A DNA stretch of 64,000 nucleotides. It comes from Gracilinanus agilis (lineage: Eukaryota). The DNA lies in contig NC_058132.1 in the NCBI RefSeq assembly GCF_016433145.1, forward strand, positions 501,795,343-501,859,342, given 5' to 3'. A program made the position numbers and the translations under genes. How positions within the stretch are numbered: the first letter of the stretch is position 1; each line of letters begins with the position of its first letter. Shown here piece after piece: positions 12,526 through 25,136 of the stretch. Below the pieces are notes generated by a model, which searched no databases, had not been told where the DNA came from, and saw nothing but the letters and a program-made list of their open reading frames with translations.

Positions 12526-13724
12526 GAAGAGAAATTCAAGACTACTTTCAACATCTCTTTGATATGACTCAATATAAATAGCTCTCCTGCCACCTCAACA
12601 TTTCTTTGTGTATCACTTCTGCTACTTCAGTGCTTGAAATCTTTCTCTTGCTTTTCCTAGAGATTCTAGCTCAGAGGACCATAGATTTAGTGGTGCAAAG
12701 TGCTTTAGAGGTCACTTAGTACAATTCCATAATTTTACAAGAAACTGAAGACCAGGAAAGTGAACTGATATGTCCAGGATCACACAGCTTAGAAGGAATA
12801 GGACCAAGTCTTGAACTCAGGTCCTTTGAATCCAGTGCTAACACTATGATCCTTCTGTTGAAAGTAAGTCTCATCAGGTTTTTTGACCTAGGCTAGCTAG
12901 ATCAATGGGGGCTGTTAAAATAAATTAATCTTAATAGCTACTGAAATTTCACCTAATATTCTACAAAATTCATAGGATCATAGAGTTCAACTTGGAAGGT
13001 AGCTTAGAGACTAACTAACTCAGTCCCTTCTTTGCCTGTATAGATATTTAGTGTGGAATAGATATAAAATAGTTGGTCAACAGGAATAAAATTTCACAGT
13101 GAGCATTGAAAGAGACCTCAGCAGCCTATTGATCCAATCCATATACCAAAGGAATAATTCGAGCTGTCCAAGGAAGGGGAACCCACCACTTCTCAAGGCA
13201 GCTCATTTCACATTCTATTTCCCTTCATTCTTCTCTTTTATAGAAAGACTCACTTGGGAGAGAGGAGTAAACTGCCCTATGGGTGACCAACTGGAGAAGA
13301 TGACATATCGAAAGCCATTGAACACGGAACCTTTTACTTAAGAGGTGGGAATTGCCTCCCCCCATTAGTCTAATGAAGTATGCTCATTACATATAAATTA
13401 ATGATGATATTGGAGGGGATTGGAATCACTCAGATAGATCACACAAGATAATTCATGGAGTAGGTGCCCTCTGTGATATTAGAAAAAGACTGGGCTCAAG
13501 GGCAGAGGGGATGTGCGAGGTATGTTCCTTGAAGTCAAGAAGAGAACAACAAGGAAACAGAATGGGAGGCAAATGAGCCACTTAGCAGTGGGGCTGAGTT
13601 CCAAAAATCAATCATGTTTATGTCTGCAAGTGTTTGAATTTCAGATTTGGCTGACTCTTTGAAGTTATGAGCCCATGCATTTCCCTTAGCACGAATTCCA
13701 TTCCTAGTTAACCATAGGACTTAC

Positions 13725-13763
13725 CTGGACCTGGGACTGGGACTCAGGTGACCAAGGTTCCAT
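13725..13763 (-). CDS. Candidate start-codon exon (MEPWSPESQSQVQ), possibly exon 2 of the CpG-island gene
   Basis: Strong donor CAG|GTAAGT at 13725/13724; gcaaATGG start context; weak acceptor at 13767; peptide not recognised. Confidence 0.22.
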
Positions 13764-15520
13764 TTGCCTATTCAAGAAAGTACCTGTCTATGATCCTTTC
13801 CTTCATCAGTGAGCCATCGGACCAGAAACACAGAAAAGCACTTTGCTCCAAGGCTTCCCAATGGTCTAAGGGCAATTTGGTTATCCTTAGGTCCTCAGTG
13901 ACTCTTAGTTGTGCCATTTGTGAAATGGGAATGAGGATATAACAACTGGATGGCTTCAAGGACAAGCCAAGTCTGATTCTCAGGCTTTGCAAATATTGAC
14001 TGCTAGGAAAATGTCAGTGGTACTTGATTTTTATCTATAGATTGAAACCTTGCCCTCCCCCCTCTCTTTACTTTTATGTTGAGATAACTAGTATTTCTAA
14101 AGAAATATGAGGTTGAGTTGCTGGTGGACTTTTCCAGATGTGCTGTTGTTGCCAGAGAGTTCTCCATAGGGCAAGCTTAAGGGAACTAGTGGTGAGGGCA
14201 GAGGTCTATGAAGGGCAAGATACTGCATGCTCTAGGAAGTAAAGCAGATTGTTGCCAAATTCTCAAAATTTCTCACTGCCTCATCCCTGGAAGAGTGTAA
14301 ACACTCATGAGAATCGTGACAAGCTGTAATTTTCCTAACTTGGTGACAATTTTTCCTTTTGCTGGTCTTAGTAAATTGTATATTCAAGTGCTCAAGTTGT
14401 TATGACTTGGCATTCTTAAATAATGACAAGCAAGAAATTCAAACTAAATATTCCTGACCTTAACCATTTGAATTGGCTTCTTCCCACTTCCTAAAACTCG
14501 CTACCTTTTTCATATTTTAGATTTGCTACAATTTGTTCGATTCTTAGATTACTTTGTCAAAGAAAGATCACAAGAGGTCTAATTTTGTTTTTATTTTGCT
14601 ATATTCCCCTGTTCTGCACACCATTCATTTCAGTAATACATTCCTCTGTCAAGCTGAAATCCAGAGGACTTCATTCTCCAACTGACCAGGTCTTCATTAT
14701 ATGTTTTTCTCTGTCTCTGTCTCTCTCTTAATTTCTATCTTGATCTCTCTCCCTTTTTTTCTTTCTCTCAACACCCCCCCCCCCCTTCTACAATGTCTGT
14801 ATCTGCTTCCAATTTGACTTTGGGCATTAAATGAATATAATTCACTGTAGGCTAGGGAATATTTAAATTGTGAAATGTCATCTATTCCGGTGCTTTTTCT
14901 GCCCTATTGGCATTTTCTACTCAAGTCTCCTGGTCTTTAGTAGTTGAGTCTTTTACTCTGACATCAATGAGGACTACTTAGGACATTTGGTAGTAAAAGA
15001 ATTAGCTCTGTCTGTTTTTTAGGGTTCTAGCCTTCTGAGCTAGAAGTGAAATATCAAGTCTTTGCCAAACTGGCTTTTACTTCTAGGACCAACTAGAAAG
15101 AAATATAGGGCCACGAGAACTTATAGCTGCAAGACACCTTAGAGAACTTAGTTGTACCTCAGTCCGACCCCATTATTTTGCACATCAGGAAACAGAGATA
15201 CAGAGAAGGGATTGTTCCAAGTTCACACTAGCAAGTAAGCAAGTCAGAGCTGATGTGCAAAGCTGGGTTTCACAAGAGCATAGATTTAGAGTGGGAAGGG
15301 ACCTTGGAGGTCATCTAGACTGACATCATTATACTAATGAAGCCTAAAGATATGAAATGATTTGATAATAAGACACAGGCAGTAATCCTTTAAGGGCTAG
15401 CACTAGGATTCCAACTTAGGTCCTTTAAGGAGCCCAATGCCTTCCCTTTTTATCCAATGAAATAATACATAAAGTGCTCTGCAAACTTTAAAGCACTATA
15501 GAAAAGCTTTCTCCTTCTCT

Positions 15521-15583
15521 TCCCATCACCATTACCACCACCACTCCTACCACTACCAGTACTATCTACTGTGACTACTACTG

Positions 15584-15615
<32 letters not shown>

Positions 15616-15760
15616 ACTACTATTGAGGCTACTACTACTAGTGCTACTGTTACTACTAGTGCTACTATTACTACTACTGCTACTGTTCGTGCAACTGCTA
15701 CTGCTACTACCACTATTAATACTACTGCCACTACTACTACTGGGACTATTACTATTCTAT
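15521..15760. repeat. Mixed (CCA)/(CTA)/(CTG) trinucleotide repeat
   Basis: Directly visible; explains the poly-Thr/Ala and poly-Val ORFs. Confidence 0.95.
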
Positions 15761-16253
15761 GACTTTACAGCACACCAGTAACATCTATCTTGTTAGTTTT
15801 CTTCAAAACCTCACCTAGGAGAGACCCCTAGGCATAGGGGATGTTTGTTGATTGTCTCTGGGAGAGGAACGGAGCAGTGGTCCCAACAAAGTCCCTCTCA
15901 GCCCTGAAGGCACACTTTTGGGTACTCTCTGGAGGCACTCTTTGTTTTTAGCAGCCAAAGTGCTTGAAGCCAGTTAAGCACATGCAAAGTCTGGCTTACC
16001 CTTTAAACCTGCAGCCCAGGTAGGAATTGGGTTTCTGGTGTTTCCCCCCAAACAAAGACGGAATATTGAGTCTTAAAGCCCGGGACCCGGACGCACAGTC
16101 GCACAGTGCTAGGTACAGCTTGTTCAAACACAACGAAAAATGAGATGCATTTCAAAAATGTGCACTTGGGCTCTTCCCCCTGACAGACATCCCTGTCTCT
16201 CTGGGGTGGAGGACTTGGAGAAATCTGCAGCCCAAGGAAAGCCCTTCGCTCAC

Positions 16254-16430
16254 CTGGGCTGAAGGCAGGTCCCAAGCGAGCGTCCCCCGCAGCAGCAGGC
16301 AGGTCGATGAGGCAGGAAGGGGACAGCCAGGAAAGGTCCCGCTTCTCCTGGGCACCGGGTTCTGACCGTCACGAACTGCAAACAGACCGCCACCTCCCGG
16401 AGTTGGTTGCCGCCGGGCTGTCAATCTGGG
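16254..16430 (-). other. Probable first (likely non-coding) exon of an unidentified minus-strand gene; 5' end uncertain
   Basis: Minus-strand donor CCCAG|GTGAGC at 16254/16253 inside the CpG island; promoter motifs lie on the higher-coordinate side. Confidence 0.55.
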
Positions 16431-16519
16431 CAGGGTCCCTCTGCGCCCCCAAGCATCTGAGGCACACAGCACCCCCGCCTCTGGTCTCAGCCCCGAACTC
16501 TAGTTTAGTTTCAAAAGAT

Positions 16520-16644
16520 TTCCCGGGAACTCTTCCCGAGCCTGCTGACTGGCCTGTTGGGGAGTTTGGAGAAGTCAGTGTGCGAGCAAGGGGCTTTCCT
16601 TCACGGCAAACTCACCCGCACCACCTAGAGGTCTTTCCCAGGAA
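16520..16644. promoter_or_regulatory. STAT-type and NF-kB sites
   Basis: TTCCCGGGAA 16520-16529, GGGGCTTTCC 16590-16599 (fits GGGRNWYYCC), TTCCCAGGAA 16635-16644. Confidence 0.5.
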
Positions 16645-17289
16645 CGGAGAAAAAGCCAAGCCTCCTTTCTCCAGCTCCCTAGGCCAGTTCTCTGCCCCCT
16701 GCTTCTCCCGTTTGTCTCTCCCACACCCAGGGCCGCTGCATTTCCTGCCCTGTGCAAGAGGCTACCCTTAGCGAAAAATGCCAAGAACTCTTTTTTTTTT
16801 CTCCTTTTTGCTGGGCGGGGATGTCCTTTCTTCTATTGGTAACAGCCATCAAGGCCTCTGGGGATCGGAGTGCTCAAAAGGCAAATCAGCTTTAAAGCAT
16901 CATTACTCAAAACCTCATTTACTGAAGGGACCCACCGCTGAGACACCCACAGGCGAGGGTGCTGCTGGATTCATTTAGCTTCCAGACACGTGTGTGCATG
17001 TTTTCCCAGCTCTTCACTTGCTATACTTCACCCCAGGCTTTTTGAGTCAGCGGGAGCCTTTAACTGCTGAGACCGTGGGGGACCCCCCACCCCCTTCCCT
17101 TATAACCTCAGACTCAAACAAGTCTTCAAAGGCTGAGTGAGCCTTTCATGGTGTAGGATCGAAAGCAGTGGCTTTGGAGGCAGAGAATCTGCTTAAAGAG
17201 CTGGGTCTTCGACTTTCTATAGGAATGACCTTGGGCAAGTCACTTTACCTTTCTGGGTCTCAGTTTCAGAGAGATTAGCTAGAGAGCAA

Positions 17290-17358
17290 GACAGACAGAC
17301 AGACATAGTTAGGAAGGTAGAGGGATAGATTCCTATATCTATAGAAAGATGGATGAAT

Positions 17359-17391
<33 letters not shown>

Positions 17392-17513
17392 CTTTAGTTA
17401 GATGATATCCATATCTACAGACAGATAGAAGGTATATATTGTTAGACAAATTTTATGTCTATCTATAGGCTAGTAGGCAAGTTAATATATAGATTTTTAG
17501 ATAGAGGATATAT

Positions 17514-17544
<31 letters not shown>

Positions 17545-17560
17545 AGTTGGCAGGTAAATA
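17290..17560. repeat. GACA/GATA/TA/CA low-complexity repeats
   Basis: Directly visible. Confidence 0.8.
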
Positions 17561-17860
17561 GATGATATAGTAATAATAATAATAACTAACATTTATATTA
17601 TACTTACTATGTACCTGACACTATGCCAAGTGCTCTACAATTACTATCTCAATTGATTCTTATAATAACCCTGAGAGGTAAGTGATATTATTATATTCAT
17701 TTTATAGATGAGGAAATTGAGGTAAACAGGTTAAGTGACTTGTCCAAGGACACACAGCTGTTATGTATCTCTGGCTAGATTAGAACCATTTTCCTGTTTT
17801 TAATAAAGACCCATCTAGCTAAAACACACACACCTGTGCAATACTTATAATACACATATA

Positions 17861-18262
17861 TGTCTTTAGATAGATGGTATATGTAGATAAATGATATATA
17901 TCTTTAGATAAATTGTATGTATCTTTAGGTAGACGATGCCTTTAGACAGATAGATGATATATCTCTTTAGATAGATCAATGACATATCTCTTTGGATAAA
18001 TAGCTGATATATCTCTTTGGAGAGATAGATAGATGATATATCTCTTTAGATAGATAATATATCTCTTTAGATAGAGAGATGATGTTTCTCTTTGGAGAGA
18101 TAGATAGATGATATTTCTCTTTAGATAGATTGATGATATATCTCTTTGGAGAGATAGATAGGTGAAATATTTCTTCATAGATAATGATATATGTCTTTAG
18201 AGAGATAAATAAATGATATATCTCTTTATAGAGATAGATAGATGTATATTTTTAGATAGATA
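17861..18262. repeat. Minisatellite with ~25/29-bp GATA-rich units
   Basis: Units agatagatgatatatctctttagat and ...atatctctttggagagat, about a dozen copies. Confidence 0.9.
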
Positions 18263-18967
18263 GTATTTACTTATTGCATGTTGGGTGATGTGCTAAGCAT
18301 TGGGGATTACAAATACAATCCAACAAGCCAGTCATTATTCTCAAGGACTTTCCATTCTAATGTTGGAGGACAACCCACAAAGGGGACCTGGAAATGAGTG
18401 GGAGTCGGTGGGTGGGTGGGCATTCCCAAGGGGACAAGGCTACTTACTGACCAGGAGAAGTCTAGAGAGTGATTTAAGTAGGGATTGAAGTTATCAAGGC
18501 CTGGGCCTCAGGTGACTCAGTTGAAATAGTTAAATAGGCTTGGGACTCACCCATCAGGAGAGTGAGCCTCAAGGTAGGAAATCATAAGGGACTTTAGAGT
18601 CCAAGGAGGCCAAATCATTTATTTCACAGTTTAGGAAACTGAGGCTCAAAGAGCTTAAATGTGGTTTCCTCATCTATAAAATGAAAGTGGAGTAGTGGCG
18701 TGGAAGAATAGATAATTTTCTGTGTTATGGGATCAGTGATCTAGAGTTGGAAGGTACCCGAAAGGTCCCTGAGCCCAAATCACTCATTTTTGTAGTTGAA
18801 GAAATAGACAAGGGACAGGTCCAGGAATTGAACTCAGGTCCTCTGATTTCAAATTTAGCTCTCTATGCACTGAACCCTCTGCCTCCAGTGTGTCATTTCC
18901 AGTCTAAAATCTTATGATGTTTATGTGACCTTGGGCAAATCCCTTTATCTTATTTGGGCTTCAGTTT

Positions 18968-19205
18968 CCTCAAATGGGTAGGTAGGTGGCATAGTAGATG
19001 AAGTACCTGGATTGGAATCAAGAAGATCTGAATTTAAATCTGACTCCAGATAATTTCTAACTATGTGACCCTGGGCAAGACACTTAACTCTCCCTCAGTT
19101 TCCTCATTTGTAAACTGAGTTGAAGAAGGAAATGGCAAACCAATCTAGTATCTTTGCAAAAAAACCCCCAAAATGAGGTCACGATGTCAGACATGATTGA
19201 ACATC
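18968..19205 (+). mobile_element. MAR1-type CORE-SINE
   Basis: CORE plus RTE-like tail. Confidence 0.75.
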
Positions 19206-19532
19206 ATTCTTCAACTGGAAACTTACTCTGTTGAACTAGATTTTTTCCTAAGGTTCCTCCTAACACTAAATCATTGGTTTGATGTTGGTTTATCTTTCCT
19301 CAGAAATGGAATTTTAAAAGTATATTCATTTTAAACTTTAGAAAAATAAAGATTTACAGCTTTTGTGCCCTAGCAATGATAGAGGTTGGAATGGGAGAAC
19401 AGCTCTTTCATGCTGCACAAAAAAATGATTTGGATTTCTATATTTTCTTTCCCCCATTCTGTGACTTTTTCTCTTGGATGGTATGCAGTATATTCACAAA
19501 CAAAAAATGAGCACTTGAGAGGGAGACAGAAG

Positions 19533-19535
<3 letters not shown>

Positions 19536-19572
<37 letters not shown>
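19536..19572. repeat. (TG)n microsatellite
   Basis: Directly visible. Confidence 0.95.
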
Positions 19573-19575
<3 letters not shown>

Positions 19576-20123
19576 CTTGAAGGTTAAGTCTATATAGAAT
19601 AAAAAATTGCAGAGAGATGCAATTGCCTGATTCATTGAACTAATGCAAACAACACATTCTTAGAGTTTGCTAATGGATAGTTTACACTAAATTATCAGTT
19701 TGGGTTATCTTCATGGTAATTGACCCTTTTCTACTGTGTGGACCCAAGATGAAGACAGAATTTAAGGATGGTAATTGTGACTTTACAGGGATATAGGAAA
19801 CTCCCAGAGAAGTAAATTCCTCTACCATTTAATGTGACATCTTCTTTGTCAATTATATTCTTAGTGTTGCTTGGATCACAGTGAGATTAAAGATCATATA
19901 TTCAATAGGTATAAGAGACAGGACTTCGCCCCCAGCTCAGTTTTTTAACCACCTCTCCAATGATAACTAATTATAATAGTAAATATTAATTTTTGCCTAG
20001 TGTGGAAAGATGAGGGATTGATATCCCTGGAACAACTTATTCTTCCACATAGCGTTAATCTTGGACATCTCCACTTTGATAATTGTGTTTGAAGATGGAG
20101 ACTTGTTTAAGATTTGAATGCTT

Positions 20124-20322
20124 GGGCCAGCCAAGTAGCTTAATGGATAGTGAGCCAGTCCTGGAGAAGGGGAGTCCTGGGTTCAAATGTGGCCTCAGAT
20201 GCCTCCTAGCTGTGTGACCCTGTGTAAGTTACAACCCTGATTGTCTAAACCTGACCACTCTTTTGCCTTGGAACCAATACTTACTATTGATTCTAAAACA
20301 GAAGGTAAGAATTAAAAAAAAA
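20124..20322 (+). mobile_element. Opossum SINE1-type element
   Basis: Head, ttggaaccaatac tail, A-rich end. Confidence 0.78.
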
Positions 20323-20930
20323 GGTTTAAATTCTCATAAAAATGAAGATTAAATGAGATAACTTTATAAACCATTTAATATACTGTCTGGTTCAGCGTAA
20401 GTACTTGATATATGTTTATTTTCTTCCTTCTATAAAAATGGAAAAGGTCCTTAACTCTATCAGACAGAAATGCCACTCTTCTTGTTAAAAAAGGGAAAGA
20501 AAATATAGATGAGGAACTGAAGACTATAACAAGGGCCTAAATTGTTCTTAATGAACCATTACCTTAAAGAATGCTTAGTAGTGGTTATACTTTAAATCTG
20601 CTTGCTTTTGAGACCTGCCAAAATCCAATGGAGAAAGTTCATTCAGTTGACCAAAAACAAACAAAACCATCCTGAAAAAGTAAGGGGAGGGTATTGCATA
20701 TCATTGTACTTTAAGAGTCTTGAGTGTTGAAGATATGATTCTTTTTGTGTATGTTTTATAAAAGATTGTAGTAGAAACAGCAAAAAGTTATCTATAGCAT
20801 TCTCAATAAGAACACAAAGCTAGATTGCTGAGCATATTGCTCAGACTATTGCTTAGTACATGGGGTCTTATGGAAAGTAGACTATTTATTATTTTATTTA
20901 TTTTATTAGTTAATTAATTACTTACTTATT

Positions 20931-21130
20931 TTTAACCCTTACCTTCTGTCTTATAATCCATACTGAGTATTTATTCCAAGGCAGAAGAGTGGTAAGGGCT
21001 AGGCAATGGGTGTTAAGTGACTTGCCCAGGGTCACACAGCTAGGAAGTGTCTGAGGCCAGCTTTGAACCCAAGAAAGACCTCCCCATCTTTAAACTTGCC
21101 TCTCAATCCATTGAGCCACCTAGCTGCCCC
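20931..21130 (-). mobile_element. Opossum SINE1-type element
   Basis: aacccttaccttctgtctt...tagctgcccc. Confidence 0.85.
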
Positions 21131-21976
21131 CAGTGGAATGTAATTTGGAACACGTGATCTACATGGTTTGTTCTGGATCGACCTTTAGCCTAGCTTGCAT
21201 ATAAGAATGAGCAGGAATTATGCCCACCGACTATCGCAAACAGGATGAGGCACCATCTATTAGCAGAATTTGGAAGAGTTTTCAGAACAACCCAAAGAAG
21301 TATATACATTCAAAAAAAGTCACTATAGCTGAACAAATTGTGGTGCATGTTGGTAATTGAACACTTCTGTGTTGGAGTCGTCTTTCACATCAGCATATTA
21401 TGGTTTTATTTGGAGTTTTGGTTATGTATGTGTATGCGCTTATAATAATGACCAATATGGAAGTATGCTTTGCAAGACAATAAAAAAAAATGGTTACTAT
21501 ACCTAAACCTGTAGTATACATTATACCTTTACCTATAGCAAACATTCACTCAAGGTCACTATGCCAAAAAGAGGCTAGACTTTGGCCTGAATGGGCACAT
21601 TTTGGGGCTATTTTAATATATTGACTTATTTTTTTGTAATTAGTGCTTGCAGTGGAGACCATCCGATTGATCCTACCAATTCAAATGTCTATGTCCCTGT
21701 ATTTTGCCAGCTTGACCTCAATCTACCATGTCTTCTTTCCCTTAACTTTTCATTTTGGTTCTAATTATTCCACGTGCAGAAAAAAGTCCTTCTGTTACTA
21801 CCTAATCTAGAGGCTGTTGTGTCCACAAGAGTTTATAATGCTGGTGCTGGTTGGTAAAATTCAGAGCTTGCTGAAGCCTCTTGCGCTGTCCTGATTAACC
21901 TGCTTAACTCACCAAAGTTAAAGTTGCCTCATTTTTTTGTTCTAAGATTCTTCTTAAAATTAAAAAAAATTAAAAT

Positions 21977-22165
21977 AAACTCTTACCTTCTGTTTTAGAC
22001 AATATTGTGTATTAGTTCCAAGGCAGAAGAGAGGTAAGGGCTAGGCAATGGGGGTTAAGTGACATGCCTAGGGTAACACAACAAGGGAGTATCTGAGGCC
22101 AGAGTTGAACCAGGATTTCCTATCTCTAGAACTGGTTCTCAATCCAATGAGCCACTTTGCTGCCC
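21977..22165 (-). mobile_element. Opossum SINE1-type element
   Basis: Antisense SINE1 body. Confidence 0.8.
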
Positions 22166-22440
22166 TCTGTTGCAAGATTTTTAATGATCTTTTGTCCCTA
22201 TACATTGTTTCTTTTCTTTGTGAACACTAGTTCCTAGAAAAATAGAGATGATGCCTTTTTCATATCTGGTGAAGATTCAGTATCATTATTTATTAGCTGG
22301 TTTTGGAACACATTTTGGAAGTAGGATCAACTTCTACCAGCAAGAAGGGGAGGAGGATGGGAAGCAGAAACAATTACATATTAATTGCTGGGATTCTTTC
22401 ATGATTATATACTTTAGCATTATAGAAATTTAACATTTGC

Positions 22441-22695
22441 ATTGTTGGTCAGTCATTTTTAGTCATTTTCAACTCTTCCTGATCCCATTTGGGATTTTCT
22501 TAGGAAAAGTACTGGAATGGTTTGCCATTTCTTTCTCCAGCTCATTTTATAGATGAGGAAATTGAGGAAAACCAGGTTACGTGACTTGCCCTGGGTCACC
22601 CAGCCAGGAAGTGTCTGAGTCCAGATTTGAACTCAGGAAGATAAGTCTTCTTGAACAGACCTGACACCTTATCCAATGTGCCCCCAAGCTGCCCA
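22441..22695 (-). mobile_element. MAR1-type CORE-SINE
   Basis: Antisense RTE-like tail and CORE. Confidence 0.8.
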
Positions 22696-23185
22696 CAGAA
22701 ATTTAACAGTGAGATAAAATGCATTTCAGTGAAACTTAGTATACATATCGAATCTATCTAAACTAAAGCATGAAACAAGGGCATGGTTTCTAGTTTGTAG
22801 GTATAATAAATTCAGGGGCACCGTAGCGGTTTATTTCATCATTCCCTTCCCTATCCCCCACATTCTGCATTTGGCCACTTAACAAAATTCTCATTCACAT
22901 TCACTTCAAGGAAACTTTGTCCCAGCTGCCAAATATTAAAAACATTTATTCCTCATGAAATCCAGACTCCTCAAAAGAGAATGAACTAAGCTGGGATATC
23001 ACAAAAATAATCTTCTATTCCCAAATGAGGAGCAATTCAGACATGTTTGATTTGGCATTTACTCGGATATAGGGAACTATTTTAAAAAATAACAAGAAAT
23101 AGGTTTGTTGGCAAGTTTTGTTCTTTTTTAATACTTGGAATTTGTGGGGGAAACTTTGTATATGTTGGTTTAAAGATCTTTTCTC

Positions 23186-23739
23186 TGTAGGGGTGAAAAA
23201 GGGGTTTTATGGGTTCAATATATTTAAGATGGTTGCCAGAGGATTGAACTATTATCAATCCTCAATTAAGAATAATCTCAAATCAAAATTGACTTTTATG
23301 GAAGTTTATTTACATGAGAGAAGAGAGAGAGGAAGAAAATAAGAATCTAACTCACTAATTAATCCAGGTAGATCTTAACCCTCAGTGGAGGGTTAAGGGG
23401 CCTGAGGTCCGGAGGTGAATGGAGCAAACTTCATTCACAGAGACTATAAAAGGAAGTTTCTTAATAGAAGTTAAGGAAGATTTAGTCTTTAAATTCCCCG
23501 CTGCCTCACTCACTCAACTCCTTTTTTTAAAGGGGTCACATATGTGTCACTTCCAGTACCTTCCCCTAGCCTACATGTCCAATCACAATAGATGCTTTCT
23601 CATAGGGGGCGGTCCATTGATTCTGATTTGTTACTCACTCTAGCACACGTGGATTAGGACCTCCCAGAATTGGAAGGTGCTCTCACCTTTGGTGATTAAA
23701 TCTAAAGATGGGCAGTGTAGACTTAATCCAATTATCACA
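23186..23739 (-). mobile_element. Probable solo ERV LTR
   Basis: TG...CA ends, minus-strand AATAAA at ~23306-23311, CCAAT-like motif; no clear TSD. Confidence 0.55.
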
Positions 23740-23949
23740 GCACATTGTTATATAATGGTGTGAAGATTGCCCCATATTGTTCAAATGAATTTTTTAGTTT
23801 AGTTTTTTTTTAAAGGACTGACCAGTTTTAGGATTAAAAGTTGCTTCTGTCAAAGCCTAGGTTGTAAAACCTCTAAAGAAACTTGCCTTAGAACTCAGTA
23901 TTAGTAAAAGCTAACATTTATACAGAACTTTAAGGTTTGCAAAGTACTT

Positions 23950-24026
<77 letters not shown>
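23950..24026. repeat. (TA)n(TG)n(TA)n compound microsatellite
   Basis: Directly visible. Confidence 0.95.
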
Positions 24027-24498
24027 GACTTCATTGAAATTGATACTCTTAACACCCTGTGAGGTGAGTGCTATTATTATCCCCATTTTATAGATGAGGA
24101 AACTGAGGTTGAGAGTGAATAAGAAATAAGATGCTTAGCATCACAGAGTGAGTATATGAATAGATATAGAAAAAAACCTCAATGTTAATTAGCCCTTATT
24201 CATTATCCTAATTATTCAGGAGAAGCAGTAGGGTGAGAATCAGATCCTGCCAGTGAGTGCAAGGAACTTCTCTCTCACTTGACACTAGTGTGTGGCCTCT
24301 AAATTTCTTATCCTTGACTGGAGAAATCTCTTCTTGTGGAATAAGAAAGAAAAGTGTCATGGGGAACTGAAGGTGATTTTCATTGGTAAAAAAGAGAATA
24401 AATAGCCTGAGAGTTAATTGGGAATGATCAGAAGGCAAATTAATTATTTTTTTCTGATAAGCAGGTAGTTAAAGACTCCCCAGGCTCCTGGAATCTTC

Positions 24499-24735
24499 TT
24501 GTTGTTCAGTCATTCAGTCTTTATGTCCTCATGGACCATACTGTCCATGGGGTTTTCTTGGTGAAGATACTGGAGTGGTTTTCCATTTCTTTTTCCAACT
24601 CATTTTATAGATGAAGAAATGGAGGAAACCAGGATTAAGGGACTTGGCCAGGGGGACACAGCTAGTAAGTATCTGAGGCTGGATTTGAACTCAGGTCTTC
24701 CCAACTTATCCACTGATCCACCTAGCTACCTCCCC
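24499..24735 (-). mobile_element. MAR1-type CORE-SINE
   Basis: Antisense body. Confidence 0.75.
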
Positions 24736-24913
24736 CAGAATCTTAGGGTACTAGGGCTGTAGGGCCTCTTTCATGGCACCAGCTGAAGGCTAGTAGGATG
24801 CAGAGGCAAGTAAGTGGAAGAAAGGATGCCAATGTAGGGTCAGTCCAGGAACAAACGGAGGCCACATGTAGAGTTGGGGAGAGGTTTTCAACTCAAGAAT
24901 ATGAGGCAGAGTG

Positions 24914-25123
24914 GGACAGCTGAGTGGGTCAGTAGACTGAGAACCAAGCTCAGAGGCAGGAGATCTTGGATTCAAATCTGACCTCAGATACTTCCTAGCC
25001 CTGTGGCCCTGGGCAAGTCACTTAATCCCTGTTGCCTAGTCCTTACTGCTCTTCTGCTTTGGAATCAATACACAGTATTGAATCCAAGATGGAAAGTAAG
25101 GGTTAAAAAAAAAAAGGAAGAAG
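24914..25123 (+). mobile_element. SINE1-type element inserted directly upstream of a MAR1
   Basis: TSD atgaggcagagtg at 24901-24913 and 25124-25136. Confidence 0.85.
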
Positions 25124-25136
25124 ATGAGGCAGAGTG

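Larger units (their letters stand above)
16060..17080. promoter_or_regulatory. CpG island / promoter
   Basis: GC-rich with several dozen CpGs (by eye) against a strongly CpG-depleted background; GC box CCCCGCC 16473-16479; AP-1 TGAGTCA near 17043. Confidence 0.8.

Noticed and set aside
16501-16513. ISRE-like TAGTTTAGTTTCA
   Set aside because: One base short of the AGTTTCNNTTTC spacing.
16307-16771. 154-aa and neighbouring ORFs in the CpG island
   Set aside because: Expected by chance in GC-rich DNA; Pro/Ser/Gly-rich with no homology I can see.
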